Shown here piece after piece: positions 28,513 to 38,485 of a stretch of 64,000 bases of DNA. This DNA comes from Candidatus Latescibacterota bacterium. Its GTDB lineage: Bacteria > Latescibacterota > UBA2968 > UBA8231. The position numbers were made by a program, and so were the translations under genes. The number at the start of each line of letters is the position of its first letter. Position 1 is the stretch's first letter. A model generated the notes under the pieces. The model saw only the letters and a list, made by a program, of their open reading frames with translations. It ran no database searches and had not been told where the DNA came from. The DNA is taken from assembly GCA_965248265.1 (NCBI GenBank), contig CBDFJF010000001.1, positions 672,001 to 736,000 of the forward strand, in the 5' to 3' direction.

Positions 28513-29343
28513 CTAATCACCCACACCTTTCGCTTTCAGCTTGCGGCTCTGTCTCTCACACAGCTTCTCCATTTCATGATAGTGATGGATCGAGTCATCC
28601 AGGCTCGCGTACACCTCGGCACCTGACCGAGCGTACTCGAGGGACACCTCTGCTTCGCCTAGCTGCTCAGAGAGCACGGACAGGCAGTAATATGCGTTCC
28701 CCAAAGGGCTGCCCCTCAGCTCCGGAATTAGCTCCTCGAGGGCCGTCACCTTGGCCGTCGTCTCAATCTCCGTGTCGAAGTAGATCGACTCCACAGGACG
28801 ATCGCCGTACGACATGCCCCAACTGCTGTGAAGCCGTCCATATTCGTAAGGATGCAGCGCGATGGCCGCTGCACGCCAGATCGCGACTCGCTCTGCCGGG
28901 TTCCGCGCACGCTTGATCTCATCCGGCATTAGGTACCCTTGGCGAACGAGAGGATGGGTCCATCCCCGCGCCCAGAAGGTGAATACGAACCCCGGCCTCG
29001 ACGTCGCGTCTTTCACTTCCATGGCGATGAATCGCCGGTTCGGCGCCTCGAGCAGCGCGGTGATCTGTTTTTCGACCAAGTCTCTCTTGCCAGCGCGAGT
29101 GGCGAGCCAGAGAATGGAGACCTCGAGGCCTGCTTCGTATTGCACCTGCAACGAATCCACCGCGAGGCGTCCACGCATGGCGAGGAAACCGTCGAGCGCC
29201 TCCTCGTGTCGCTTCTGCTCGTCGCTCAGGGACTGGATTTCCTCCAGTGCCATGGTGAACTCCGGCAGTGGGAGCTTCCGGGTGGTGGCGCATGCCGACA
29301 GACACGTCGACACCGCACAGAAGAGGGCGAGCAGCGTCTTCAT
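28513..29343 (-). CDS. putative lipoprotein with helical repeats
   Basis: GGAGG RBS and LSAC lipobox. Confidence 0.7.
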   Translation of the reverse strand: MKTLLALFCAVSTCLSACATTRKLPLPEFTMALEEIQSLSDEQKRHEEALDGFLAMRGRLAVDSLQVQYEAGLEVSILWLATRAGKRDLVEKQITALLEAPNRRFIAMEVKDATSRPGFVFTFWARGWTHPLVRQGYLMPDEIKRARNPAERVAIWRAAAIALHPYEYGRLHSSWGMSYGDRPVESIYFDTEIETTAKVTALEELIPELRGSPLGNAYYCLSVLSEQLGEAEVSLEYARSGAEVYASLDDSIHHYHEMEKLCERQSRKLKAKGVGD

Positions 29344-29845
29344 GGTTTCCCTCCATCCGAGAGCCTATCGCTTAAGCAGCGTCGAGCTCTACCCCTTGAT
29401 GAATGGTCGCTGACGATGAGGATGCCGTCGCCGTACACGCAGAGGTCATGGGCTCGTTGAGGCAGGTTTTGGGTGCCGCAGGTTGTTCCGCGATGGCAAG
29501 GAGCGGGGCCAGGCATCAAAATGAGTTGTTTCGAGGTTGGTCTCCGCCCCTCCATATTTGCATCACAGTAAAGATTCCTCCTTGCGAACACACCCATTTT
29601 GTGGTGCATGCCTCCCGGCCAACGCCGGTCCAAATATGGAGGAAGGACGGCAAAAGGCGCCATGGACGTGACACCGCTGTAGCAAGGAGTACAAGCTCTG
29701 CAAAGCCCGCTCTGGACGCTCGATGCGTGGAGACGCACCACCACGCGGGGGCCGTCCTCTCGCAGCAGATTATCAGCGGCGGACTGACGAGCGGCAACGG
29801 CGAAGCTAGTCCATCGCCGCCTATTCCCGGGTTTTCCCGCGGTGG

Positions 29846-29889
29846 GAATCAGTCAAACGTGCGATGCCCGACGGGTATCTCCGTGATAT
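29846..29889. repeat. 44-bp palindromic intergenic repeat, copy B
   Basis: GAATCAGTCAAACGTGCGATGCCCGACGGGTATCTCCGTGATAT. Confidence 0.7.
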
Positions 29890-29908
29890 GGTGATGGTCG
29901 TCGGCCTC

Positions 29909-30661
29909 TCACCGACCAGATTCCGCTGCCAACTTCACCATGCCCATGAGCTCGTCACGCACAGACCGCTTGTCTTGGAGTCGGGACTCGATGATTTGGA
30001 ACTGCGGGGGGAAATCCGACCGCACAACCTCGTGGACATCCGCCTCTCCCTTGATTCGTATGCCCTCGACGGACAGTTGCTCGGGGGGGACGCGTTCCAC
30101 ACAGATGAGTAGCTCCAGATACCCCTGATTCATCAGGAGCTGATCGTGGCGGATCTCGCGATTCACGTCGAACGAGAGGCTGGTCTGCCAGTAGGCACCC
30201 GAACAGGTCGGCTCGATCACCGTCTCATAGTAGCGCCTGCGCTCAACTGAATCGAGGTAACCAGCTTCAGATGGGCAATACACCCAATCGGAGAACTGAT
30301 TGCAGCATACCCACGTCCGGTCCGTGATGTCCTTGGTAGCCCTGATACCAAGAAACACCTGAGTGACGGTGCCACCTGGCAGTGGGGTAGTGCTGCCATG
30401 TCGCCGACGGTTGAGATATCCGAAGATGCAACGTCGTGGATCGACCCAATCGGGAATGCTCGGAGGACGATGCCGTACGTGAGCATCGTAGATCGTGTGA
30501 TGCTGATCCTCTGGATCCTGCGTGTGGCCCGCTACCAATCCCTCCTGGTAAATGCTGGGCAGCGCCTCCGGGTTGGCTCCGTGGTACAAGAGATTGGTGT
30601 CTTCGAAGTCGGGGAACAGCCAGTTCATCTGCTCCCACTCCATGATGCCAATTCGTCGCAT
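29909..30661 (-). CDS. hypothetical protein with ADP-ribosyltransferase/Tpt1-like motifs
   Basis: N-terminal LYHGA..E.L.SI.QEGL and late E.LI...VPPEQL motifs. Confidence 0.55.
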   Translation of the reverse strand: MRRIGIMEWEQMNWLFPDFEDTNLLYHGANPEALPSIYQEGLVAGHTQDPEDQHHTIYDAHVRHRPPSIPDWVDPRRCIFGYLNRRRHGSTTPLPGGTVTQVFLGIRATKDITDRTWVCCNQFSDWVYCPSEAGYLDSVERRRYYETVIEPTCSGAYWQTSLSFDVNREIRHDQLLMNQGYLELLICVERVPPEQLSVEGIRIKGEADVHEVVRSDFPPQFQIIESRLQDKRSVRDELMGMVKLAAESGR

Positions 30662-30769
30662 TCGAACAGCTCCGAAACCGGTGAAGGTCTGGCGACCCGT
30701 GCAGGCCCACGCCTTAGGAAACAGTGCAGCGTGAACCTCGTCAAGATTGGCTGCAAGACCGATAAGCGC

Positions 30770-30808
30770 GAATCAGTCGAATATCCGATGCTCGCCGAGC
30801 ATCGGAGT
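30770..30808. repeat. palindromic intergenic repeat, copy C
   Basis: GAATCAGTCGAATA-TCCGATGCTCG-C-CGAGCATCGGA-GT; 30/39 identical to copy A. Confidence 0.6.
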
Positions 30809-30843
30809 CTTGCAATGACGTCTGTCGAAGTCGGTCCCGCCTC

Positions 30844-31191
30844 TCAGTTGTCGCGCTCTGCCCGCAGTCGCTGTCCTGTTTGCTTCAATGCCTGTCCCTC
30901 AACAATGAACAAGTGAGCTTGTTGACGCAGATACTCCTGTGTGTCAGCGAGATCTTCTCCGTCCTGGGCATACCAGAATCCGCTTCCCACAGTGCACACC
31001 GGGTGTTTCTCGTCCCAGAGTCTCTCGACAATTGCCCAAACCTGCTCCCATTCCAACTCGCATTGATTCCCGAGATAGTCGGAAGAAACCGGTGACGATC
31101 GTGTCCGAATTGTTATCAACCCCAAAATCGCGTCCTTGGAACGCGCCAGTTCAGGCGACCATTCGGGAATATGCTCTGGCATCCACTCCAT
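30844..31191 (-). CDS. small winged-HTH protein
   Basis: PVSSDYL...EQVWAIVERL..EKHPVCT.GSGFWYA...EDL pattern; GAGGAGG RBS. Confidence 0.6.
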   Translation of the reverse strand: MEWMPEHIPEWSPELARSKDAILGLITIRTRSSPVSSDYLGNQCELEWEQVWAIVERLWDEKHPVCTVGSGFWYAQDGEDLADTQEYLRQQAHLFIVEGQALKQTGQRLRAERDN

Positions 31192-31262
31192 TCGATTCCT
31201 CCTCGTTCAGTTATGAATCACTCTCGTTACCTGTAGCAATATCATGAGACGAACTCGACCTT

Positions 31263-32087
31263 TCAGTTCAGCGACTGAATGGCGTCTACAAGCTGCTGAG
31301 GGCGTGCCTTCGCGTATCTGAGCACCATGGAAAAGGATTTGTGCCCCATTAATTCCATGATCCGGTCGAGCGGCACACCGCGATCTCTGAGCCTCGAGGC
31401 GAATGTGTGACGAAGCTGGTGCGTGTGGACGTGACCCACGTTCGCCCGCAGACCAGCGCTATGTAACGACCTCTTGATATCCCCGAATGCGATGACAAGC
31501 TGCGCGGGCTGCGTCAGTGCTGGCTCCAGTGTCATCAAAAGCGACCGGACTCGATCCGTCATCGGGATCACCCTGTAATCTTTGTTCTTCGACTGCCGCA
31601 CCGTCACGGTCCCGACCTCGAAATCCACATCGCGCCAGGCCAACCGCTGTAGCTCGGACCGCCTCATTCCTGTATCCGCCGCCAGAATCACTACGTGACG
31701 GGTGCGCTCAGGGCACTCAGCGATCAGGGCATCGAGCTCACTGTCACTCAGGGCTTCAGGCACACGACTCTGTTCCTTGAGCATCGTGAGCCTTGAAGCA
31801 GGACTCTCGGAGATGTAGTCCCAGTTGCAGGCGGTCTTGAACAGCGTCTTCAGCGTCGCCAGATAACGGTTCGTAGTGGCTATCGTGACGCCATCGACAT
31901 TCCGTCGGCGAGTTAGATACCGCTCAATCTGGCGGGTGGTGATGGATTCGAGGGGTTGGTCGCCGAACTCCTCATCCAGCTTACTGAGCATCCCGGACAG
32001 ACCGCGCCATGTATTAGGGCTCCAACCACCGAAATCGGTGCGAAATTCCGTGAGGAATTGGCCGAAAGTGCGATCCTGGCTGTTCAT
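31263..32087 (-). CDS. tyrosine recombinase/integrase, copy 2
   Basis: Highly similar to 13700-14638 with R-K-HxxR-H-Y intact; ATG 32087 overlaps the HTH stop (TGATG). Confidence 0.92.
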   Translation of the reverse strand: MNSQDRTFGQFLTEFRTDFGGWSPNTWRGLSGMLSKLDEEFGDQPLESITTRQIERYLTRRRNVDGVTIATTNRYLATLKTLFKTACNWDYISESPASRLTMLKEQSRVPEALSDSELDALIAECPERTRHVVILAADTGMRRSELQRLAWRDVDFEVGTVTVRQSKNKDYRVIPMTDRVRSLLMTLEPALTQPAQLVIAFGDIKRSLHSAGLRANVGHVHTHQLRHTFASRLRDRGVPLDRIMELMGHKSFSMVLRYAKARPQQLVDAIQSLN

Positions 32088-32518
32088 CAGGACCTCTGGG
32101 CCCATGCGGGGTCTACGAGAACCCGCAAGGCGCGCCGCTGTTCAGTTGGCTCCTTCATGCCCAGGAGGTGACGCAGGCGGGCCTCTGTCAGGCGCGACAC
32201 CCGTTCGTCTTCGTCGGGGATCTGAAGGGCTTCGGCCCTTACTTCCTCGTCAATCTCAAGGAGTCGCAGATAGGCAGCGATCGTGGACCGAGGAGTGTCG
32301 ATCAGGCGGGCTAACTCTACCTGGGAATCAGCCTGTCCCGAGTCCAGAAGATCCTGGTAGTGTAGGGCTTGTTTGAGGGCGTTCGAATGTCTCTCGAACT
32401 TGAGGCGGCCAGGTTTTCGGTCTTTTCGGCCGATCTGTATGTAGGGTCTATTTTGCCTATGCCCTTGAAAAACATGAAACTTATCCCATACCAGCCCAAA
32501 GTTCGATGAATCCAACAC
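32087..32518 (-). CDS. ParB/Spo0J C-terminal-like HTH protein, copy 2
   Basis: Near-identical N-terminal half to 16151-16588. Confidence 0.75.
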   Translation of the reverse strand: MLDSSNFGLVWDKFHVFQGHRQNRPYIQIGRKDRKPGRLKFERHSNALKQALHYQDLLDSGQADSQVELARLIDTPRSTIAAYLRLLEIDEEVRAEALQIPDEDERVSRLTEARLRHLLGMKEPTEQRRALRVLVDPAWAQRS

Positions 32519-32819
32519 TTGGGCTACCAGTTAACGTGTCTCGCTGAACCTTTGACACGGCCATAGGGTCGTCAAAGAGGGCGAGGCGTATTGGGGTGGG
32601 ATTCCAGACGAGGTGGTTGATCCGGAGCCTGAGTAGCTCCTGACGCTCCTCTGGGATGGCTGCCTGATATATCTCCCGGAAGGTCGTGAGCGAGGATCCC
32701 AGCGATTCGGCGCTCACGACCTTTTTCTTTGTCTGGTCGATCTGGAGATCCAGTTCCAGGATCTCATCATCCAGCTGCTCACGCTGTTCCTCCAGCTCGA
32801 CAATTTTCTGCCCGATGGA
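32481..32819 (-). pseudogene. C-terminal remnant of a large serine recombinase, copy 2
   Basis: SIGQKIVELEEQREQLDDEIL...PEERQELLRLRINHLVW...GSPSVGFIELWAGMG; cut at about 32820. Confidence 0.6.
32501..32529 (+). mobile_element. att-like site resembling a tRNA 3' end (junction 2)
   Basis: GTTCGATGAATCCAACACTTGGGCTACCA. Confidence 0.6.
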
Positions 32820-32821
32820 TT

Positions 32822-33168
32822 AAGACGAGGGTCTCGAAGCATTGCCATCGCCACCTGGATACGACGACGTCCGGCCAATAGCGATCAACAACAACGGCGA
32901 CATCCTGTTCATGGCACGGAAAATACCGGAAGGAGAGCCGACGACCATATCGGTCAAATTCACCGGCTTCTTCCTGCTTGGCGACGAATTGTCCGAACTG
33001 CCGCAGTTGGAGGGCGCAGACCTCACACACTATTCGAGCATCAACGACAAGGGATACCTCGTCGGCAGGGCTATGTACCATGTGTTCGATGCTGATGGAG
33101 AGGTTGTCAGCAGATCCGCAAAGGCTTTCGTGGCGGTACCCACAGACACGGGTCCAAGCGGAGAGTGA
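32822..33168 (+). pseudogene. C-terminal fragment of an extracellular HAF-repeat-like protein
   Basis: AINNNGDI, SINDKGYLVG and KAF repeats; no start, begins at the junction. Confidence 0.5.
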
Positions 33169-33289
33169 ACGTGGGTCCGTGCCCATCGTTTGCCCACTCC
33201 GAAGGTCGCTTTCAATCCACTTGCCACTGTCCCGTTCACTTCTCAGATTCGCTGTCACACCGGCCCAACACTTTGGTAAGGAGGGCAAA

Positions 33290-33949
33290 ATGAGACGAGT
33301 TGCCTGTCTTGCATTTACCATGTGTGCGTTCTCTTGCCATGGCGAGAAACCCGAGACCGTACTCACAGTTGTTGAACACCACGAGCCGGATCGAGTTGTG
33401 GATACAGAACTGGGAACCTTGACGCTTGCGGATCAATCTTGGGGTTTCCAGAAGCATATCGAGGACGATGGGCAGCCTTTGGAGGTGTTCTACCGAGCCG
33501 AGGTGTCTATCGAACTTGACGAGAAGGCGGAGGGATTTGAGGTGGTCGTTCCCTATGAGATTTCTGTCCAAACCTCCTCGAGGGCACAGCAGAATTCGGA
33601 AACCAAGTCCCAGGGGGCGAGCCTTGAACCCGATGCTCCGCCTCGTGGTCTTGCATTAACGAACGCTACCTCGTTTCGGGATTCTCTCTCGCGAAACCCT
33701 CTGTGGCGCGGAATACCTCGTTTCAGCCCAAGGACGGGGCCGGGAGGCATGTCCGGAGGCATGGGCTTCGGGTCCCGAAGGGTGATCCTTAAGCTCGACG
33801 CGCCATGGGCTGAGGCGAGAACGACGATAGAGTTTGCAGGGTCGGTCAGTGATCCTGCGTTAGCTACGTTGCTTGATTCCCTCTCGATCGATTTTCACGA
33901 GCCCCTCTTGTTCCCTGCAGGAACCACGAACTGGGCTCGCAGCCAATAG
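33290..33949 (+). CDS. putative lipoprotein
   Basis: AAGGAGG RBS and MRRVACLAFTMCAFSC signal. Confidence 0.65.
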   Translation: MRRVACLAFTMCAFSCHGEKPETVLTVVEHHEPDRVVDTELGTLTLADQSWGFQKHIEDDGQPLEVFYRAEVSIELDEKAEGFEVVVPYEISVQTSSRAQQNSETKSQGASLEPDAPPRGLALTNATSFRDSLSRNPLWRGIPRFSPRTGPGGMSGGMGFGSRRVILKLDAPWAEARTTIEFAGSVSDPALATLLDSLSIDFHEPLLFPAGTTNWARSQ

Positions 33950-34034
33950 CATGCTCCCCCACGCCGCCTTTCACATCCGGCTAGGGGAGACACCCCGCCC
34001 GTCGTTCAGGTAATGCGATGACCGGGAATGGGCC

Positions 34035-34553
34035 ATGAACAGGTCGCAGCTGGCTGCACAGATCAGCGCCCGGTCCCGCCTGAACGGCGACTTCCTCCTT
34101 CGTTCCGGCGCTCGAGCCACCGAGTACTTCGACAAATACCTCTTCGAGTCGGAACCAACAATACTGCGGTGCATAGCCCAGCATATGACCAAGCTGGTGC
34201 CACCAGAGACAGACGTCCTCGCTGGCTTGGAGTTGGGAGGTGTGCCGATTGCGACAATGCTGAGCCAGGAAACCGGCCTGCCAGCCTACTTCGTGCGCAA
34301 GAGGGAGAAGCAGTATGGCACATGCCGTCTGGCTGAAGGTGGCGAAATCAAGGATCGTTCCGTGCTCGTGGTGGAGGACGTTGTGACCTCTGGCGGACAG
34401 ATCGTGTTGTCCGTCCATGACATGCGCGGTTTAGGGGCCATCGTTGATACCGCGATCTGCGTCATAGACAGGGAGAGCGGCGGAGTTGACACCCTCGCTG
34501 CTGAGGGAGTAAGTCTCACTTCCCTCTTCTCCATGAGCGAGTTACCTGCCTGA
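34035..34553 (+). CDS. pyrE: orotate phosphoribosyltransferase
   Basis: GDFLLRSG, YFDKY, RK..K.YGT and VVEDVVTSGG PRPP motif. Confidence 0.9.
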   Translation: MNRSQLAAQISARSRLNGDFLLRSGARATEYFDKYLFESEPTILRCIAQHMTKLVPPETDVLAGLELGGVPIATMLSQETGLPAYFVRKREKQYGTCRLAEGGEIKDRSVLVVEDVVTSGGQIVLSVHDMRGLGAIVDTAICVIDRESGGVDTLAAEGVSLTSLFSMSELPA

Positions 34554-34587
34554 GACTAACAAATTCACAACTAGCTGAGGAATCCCG

Positions 34588-35079
34588 ATGGCTAGAAATC
34601 GTGTACCATTCGACGTTACTCGACTGACCAAGAAGGTTACGAACTGTTTCATTTGCGATTTTCTAGCGGGAAGTCCCCGTTACCCACATCACATCGTCGC
34701 TGAAACCGACTATGCCGTCGCCTTCCTGAATAGGTTTCCGACGCTCTTTGGGTATGTGTTAGTGGCACCCAAGGACCACCGCGAGCAGGTCACCGGTGAT
34801 TTCACAGAGGAGGAGTACGTCGAGCTGCAACGTTTCATCTTCCAGGTCGCCGAAGCCATGAGGCGATTGCTTCACCCAGAGCGTATCTATTTATTGAGTC
34901 TGGGCAGCCAGCAAAGAAACTCGCACGTTCATTGGCACATTGCGCCACTGCCAGAGGGCGTTCCTCTCGAAGAGCAACAATACCATGCGCTAATGCACGA
35001 AAATGGTATCGTGGAGACTACTCCGGAAGAAATGGCCCAATTAGCGGAAGACCTTCGGGATGCCCTCGAGAAAGCGTGA
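34588..35079 (+). CDS. HIT family hydrolase
   Basis: CFIC, LVAPKDH and HVHWH motifs. Confidence 0.88.
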   Translation: MARNRVPFDVTRLTKKVTNCFICDFLAGSPRYPHHIVAETDYAVAFLNRFPTLFGYVLVAPKDHREQVTGDFTEEEYVELQRFIFQVAEAMRRLLHPERIYLLSLGSQQRNSHVHWHIAPLPEGVPLEEQQYHALMHENGIVETTPEEMAQLAEDLRDALEKA

Positions 35080-35148
35080 ACGGGAGGTCAGATTTTGCGG
35101 GTCGTCTCTCATGTCCCTGAATAGAGACAGTGAATGGAGACAGATTGA

Positions 35149-36123
35149 ATGATCAACGCAGTTCTGGTCAATCACAACACATCCGCCTTTGCTGAGCTTA
35201 CAGCACGGTCGTTCTACGCCATGCACGGAAAACGGGAGGATGTCCGATTCACGATCATGGACAACAGTTCGCAGGACGGGACAGCTGAGCTGGAGGCGTA
35301 TGCCAAACCCGCTGGCATCGAGTTCAGGCAGAGTGGCTTTGTTGCCTCGGAACAGCAGGAAAATTCACACGGAGAGGTACTCCGACAGTTCGTCATGGAG
35401 AACCCGGAGTGCGACTACTATCTCCTGCTCGATGCGGATCTGTGTTTTATCATGCCGGACACCGTAGACACACTCGTCAACGAAATCACTGATTGCGATG
35501 ATGTCTGGGCGATTCATGCAAGATCCCGGCGAAGCACGACACATCTCTTCAAACCTCGACAACCTCGAAGGCAGGATTTGAGCGAGTACCGAAGCCAGAA
35601 GATGGTGGACCGAAGGACGATATATCTCCATTTGCTCCAGCCCAAGCTGGAGACTGAGCCATCGGGAAGACGGGTCGTACCACCCAAAATCAATTACGAC
35701 GAGCTCGACGACCAGCCGGTGAAAACCGTGGTAGGTAGCGTCAAGCCACGCTGCGAGCCATGTTGCACACTGGTACGCAACACAGCCGTGTTTCGGCGAG
35801 TCGCCGACCGCATCGGCTTCAGTCGTGCCTGGATACTCGAAAACGCCATCGAAGGTGCGGGTTGCTACGATACGATGGACTTGATGACGGCGGTGATGAC
35901 AACTCATGAGCAGGTGTACCTGGAGTCGTCCATCGGAGTGCTGCATTTCTGGCAGGTCTCCTACCACCTCGACACTCCCCAAATGAACACGAAGCGTGAC
36001 CAATGCCGACAGCTGCTGGAGCAATACCGTCGCAATGAGATCCCTGATTTCGATGGAGATGACTGGATGACACCTGAGTACGTGGAGTGGGTGGAACGCC
36101 GTGAGGGGCCTAAGCGCTGGTGA
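35149..36123 (+). CDS. glycosyltransferase family 2-like protein
   Basis: VNHNT, MDNSSQDG and LLLDAD (DxD) motifs. Confidence 0.6.
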   Translation: MINAVLVNHNTSAFAELTARSFYAMHGKREDVRFTIMDNSSQDGTAELEAYAKPAGIEFRQSGFVASEQQENSHGEVLRQFVMENPECDYYLLLDADLCFIMPDTVDTLVNEITDCDDVWAIHARSRRSTTHLFKPRQPRRQDLSEYRSQKMVDRRTIYLHLLQPKLETEPSGRRVVPPKINYDELDDQPVKTVVGSVKPRCEPCCTLVRNTAVFRRVADRIGFSRAWILENAIEGAGCYDTMDLMTAVMTTHEQVYLESSIGVLHFWQVSYHLDTPQMNTKRDQCRQLLEQYRRNEIPDFDGDDWMTPEYVEWVERREGPKRW

Positions 36124-36181
36124 AGAGCTTTTCAGAGGCCATAACGGTCCCACGGATTCACAAACTGATGGGCGTCGGTTC

Positions 36182-36595
36182 ATGAAAACCATATACCGGT
36201 GTGATAAGGATGTCCCCCACGACGATCTCATTCAGTTCTACCGCGAGAGCGATTACAACCAGTGGTGGTCAGAGCGGAACGTCCGAGCATGCCTCGCCTA
36301 CTCGTATCTGTTTCTCACAGCTTGGGCAGACGATCGCCTGGTAGGCACTCTCGTTGTCAACTCAGATGAGGTGAACTTCGCCTTCAATGATGAGATCGTG
36401 GTCCATCCTGAATGCAGAGGTCGCGGAATCGGGTCGGCGCTTCTTCAACAAGCGCTTGAACAGATCAAAAAGCTCCATGTGGACTTCGTCCAATTGATTC
36501 CGATTCCTGGCAGAGAGGCGTTCTTTGCCCGCTCGGGCTTCAAAGTGATTCCAGATCACAAAGTCATGGAGCTCCCGGGACCGAAGCTGACCTAA
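36182..36595 (+). CDS. GNAT family acetyltransferase
   Basis: VVHPECRGRGIGSALL and FF..SGF motifs. Confidence 0.85.
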   Translation: MKTIYRCDKDVPHDDLIQFYRESDYNQWWSERNVRACLAYSYLFLTAWADDRLVGTLVVNSDEVNFAFNDEIVVHPECRGRGIGSALLQQALEQIKKLHVDFVQLIPIPGREAFFARSGFKVIPDHKVMELPGPKLT

Positions 36596-36641
36596 TGTCG
36601 CGCTGCGGGTAGACAAGACGCACGCGCTTGAGTCATCACAC

Positions 36642-37235
36642 ATGAGCAAACCCAGACCATACGTCGTAGGCATCAGCTCGGTGTCGGGGGGCGGCAAGAC
36701 TACTATCGCGAAGGAGCTGTGCCGCGACCTACCTAACTCAGTCGGCCTGTTCTTTGATGACTTTGACGATACGACCGTGCATCCAGACGATTTCTATCAA
36801 TGGGTCGTTGACGGTGGCGATTACAACGCCTGGCAGACTCCCGGAATTGTTAAACAACTCGAGGTATTCAAGAGCGACCGAGAGCATGATTATGTCGTTT
36901 TCGATGCCCCTCTTGGGCGAGCGCACGAAGCAACTGGTCGATTCATCGACCTGATGGTGTACATCGACACTCCTTTAGACGTCGCCATGGCTCGTCGGCT
37001 GCTCCGCGATTATCAACCCGAGGGTGCCGACAGCCCAGAGCGACTCATAAGTGGCCTGAGAGATGACCTGTCTCATTATCTCGAAAAAGCGAGGTTGCCC
37101 TATCTGGAGATGGCGACGGGGGTCAAACCGAGGTGCGACATAGTCCTGGACGGCACCTTGGATCCGAAGGCATTGGTCGCCAAGATCGTCGACGCACTTC
37201 CCAGCGACCGCAGAACAACCGATGAGTCCGAATAA
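36642..37235 (+). CDS. uridine kinase-like P-loop protein
   Basis: GISSVSGGGKTT Walker A and YIDTPLDVAMARR motifs. Confidence 0.8.
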   Translation: MSKPRPYVVGISSVSGGGKTTIAKELCRDLPNSVGLFFDDFDDTTVHPDDFYQWVVDGGDYNAWQTPGIVKQLEVFKSDREHDYVVFDAPLGRAHEATGRFIDLMVYIDTPLDVAMARRLLRDYQPEGADSPERLISGLRDDLSHYLEKARLPYLEMATGVKPRCDIVLDGTLDPKALVAKIVDALPSDRRTTDESE

Positions 37236-37277
37236 CGTCTGCACCCGGGTTCCCAATCCAATGACGGTGCCGCCACT

Positions 37278-38264
37278 TTGAGCCCCATTCCGGACAGCAA
37301 GAGGATTACCGCCAGCTCTATGGAAGCCTTCGACGCAACCGTGGTCGCTCAGGAGTTTGGTCTCGGCCAGCCACAAACTTGCAACGAGATCGGCGAGGAT
37401 GGTCGTGGAATCATGTCCATGACAACGACGGCTGAGGCCTACGTAATAAAGCCGACGCAGAATCCAGACTGGCTCACGTTGTACTCTGCCGTTGAGCAGA
37501 CGTTGAATACCGCCGGCGTCAGGCAGGCTCGTCTGTATTGCCGTCCTAGCGGTGACTTACTCTCGGACTCTGGACACGCCGTGTATGAACTGCTTCCCGG
37601 AGAGCCCACCGACCAGCTCAATCCCACGCAACTCCGCTCGACTATGCACTACCTGACCAAGTACAATGAGGCCCTTGCCTCGATCGCGGTCCCCCGATGG
37701 CTGCTTGCACTGGACGACCCCTGGCAGAGGGCGGCATCTCCGGAGTTCCTCGTTGAGGAGCTTCCCGCGAAGTTGGACGCCTTGGATCTCCCTCCTCAAG
37801 CTCAACGTTCCGCCAGTGACTGCTTGGATTTCCTGGCAACCCATCGTACCTCTATCGAACGCCCAAAAAAGCAGTTAATCCATGGAGACATCGGCCCCGA
37901 CAACATTCTCTTCGACGGCGACGAGATCGTTGCGGTCATCGACTTCACTCCCCAGCTGGGCTCTGAGCTGTACTCGCTGTGCCAGTTCTTCTATTGGCAT
38001 TCTGTGTTCCCCTGGGATTCTGACATCAATCTGGATCAGATTAGCGACTCGCTGGGAATCTATGAGCAAGAGAGCTCGTCCATTAGCGTGGATGAGGAGA
38101 CGCTGAAAGCGACGATGGTGCTGGCAGCAGCGTTCCGCCTTTTCGGTCCGACGATGGCTATGGAGGAAAAGCTCGTAGCATACCCTGAGGCTGCAATTGT
38201 GAAGAGAGCTGACCTGCTTGCTCAAGTTCTCTCTGCGTCTTTTGCTCCCGCAATCCCCAGCTGA
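37278..38264 (+). CDS. aminoglycoside/homoserine kinase-type phosphotransferase
   Basis: IHGDIGPDNILF and VIDF motifs. Confidence 0.85.
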   Translation: MSPIPDSKRITASSMEAFDATVVAQEFGLGQPQTCNEIGEDGRGIMSMTTTAEAYVIKPTQNPDWLTLYSAVEQTLNTAGVRQARLYCRPSGDLLSDSGHAVYELLPGEPTDQLNPTQLRSTMHYLTKYNEALASIAVPRWLLALDDPWQRAASPEFLVEELPAKLDALDLPPQAQRSASDCLDFLATHRTSIERPKKQLIHGDIGPDNILFDGDEIVAVIDFTPQLGSELYSLCQFFYWHSVFPWDSDINLDQISDSLGIYEQESSSISVDEETLKATMVLAAAFRLFGPTMAMEEKLVAYPEAAIVKRADLLAQVLSASFAPAIPS

Positions 38265-38485
38265 TACTCCATGCCGACAATTCGCGATGTCCGTCAGACA
38301 CAGAGTCCGATGACCGCCCTATCCGCCGGCTCGCCCGTTCCGCCAAACGATACCCGTGGAAAGCCGGGGCTTTGTTTCGTCTCCGAGCCTGATTACTTTG
38401 AAATAGAACCGCGACTTGCTACCGATATTATATATGTAGCCCCTTTCCGAACACGCATTCTCCCGCCGTATGAGGAACGACTCTC

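Noticed and set aside
13267-30808. 44-bp repeats as a CRISPR array
   Set aside because: Copies are 0.9-16 kb apart, with no regular spacers and no cas genes.
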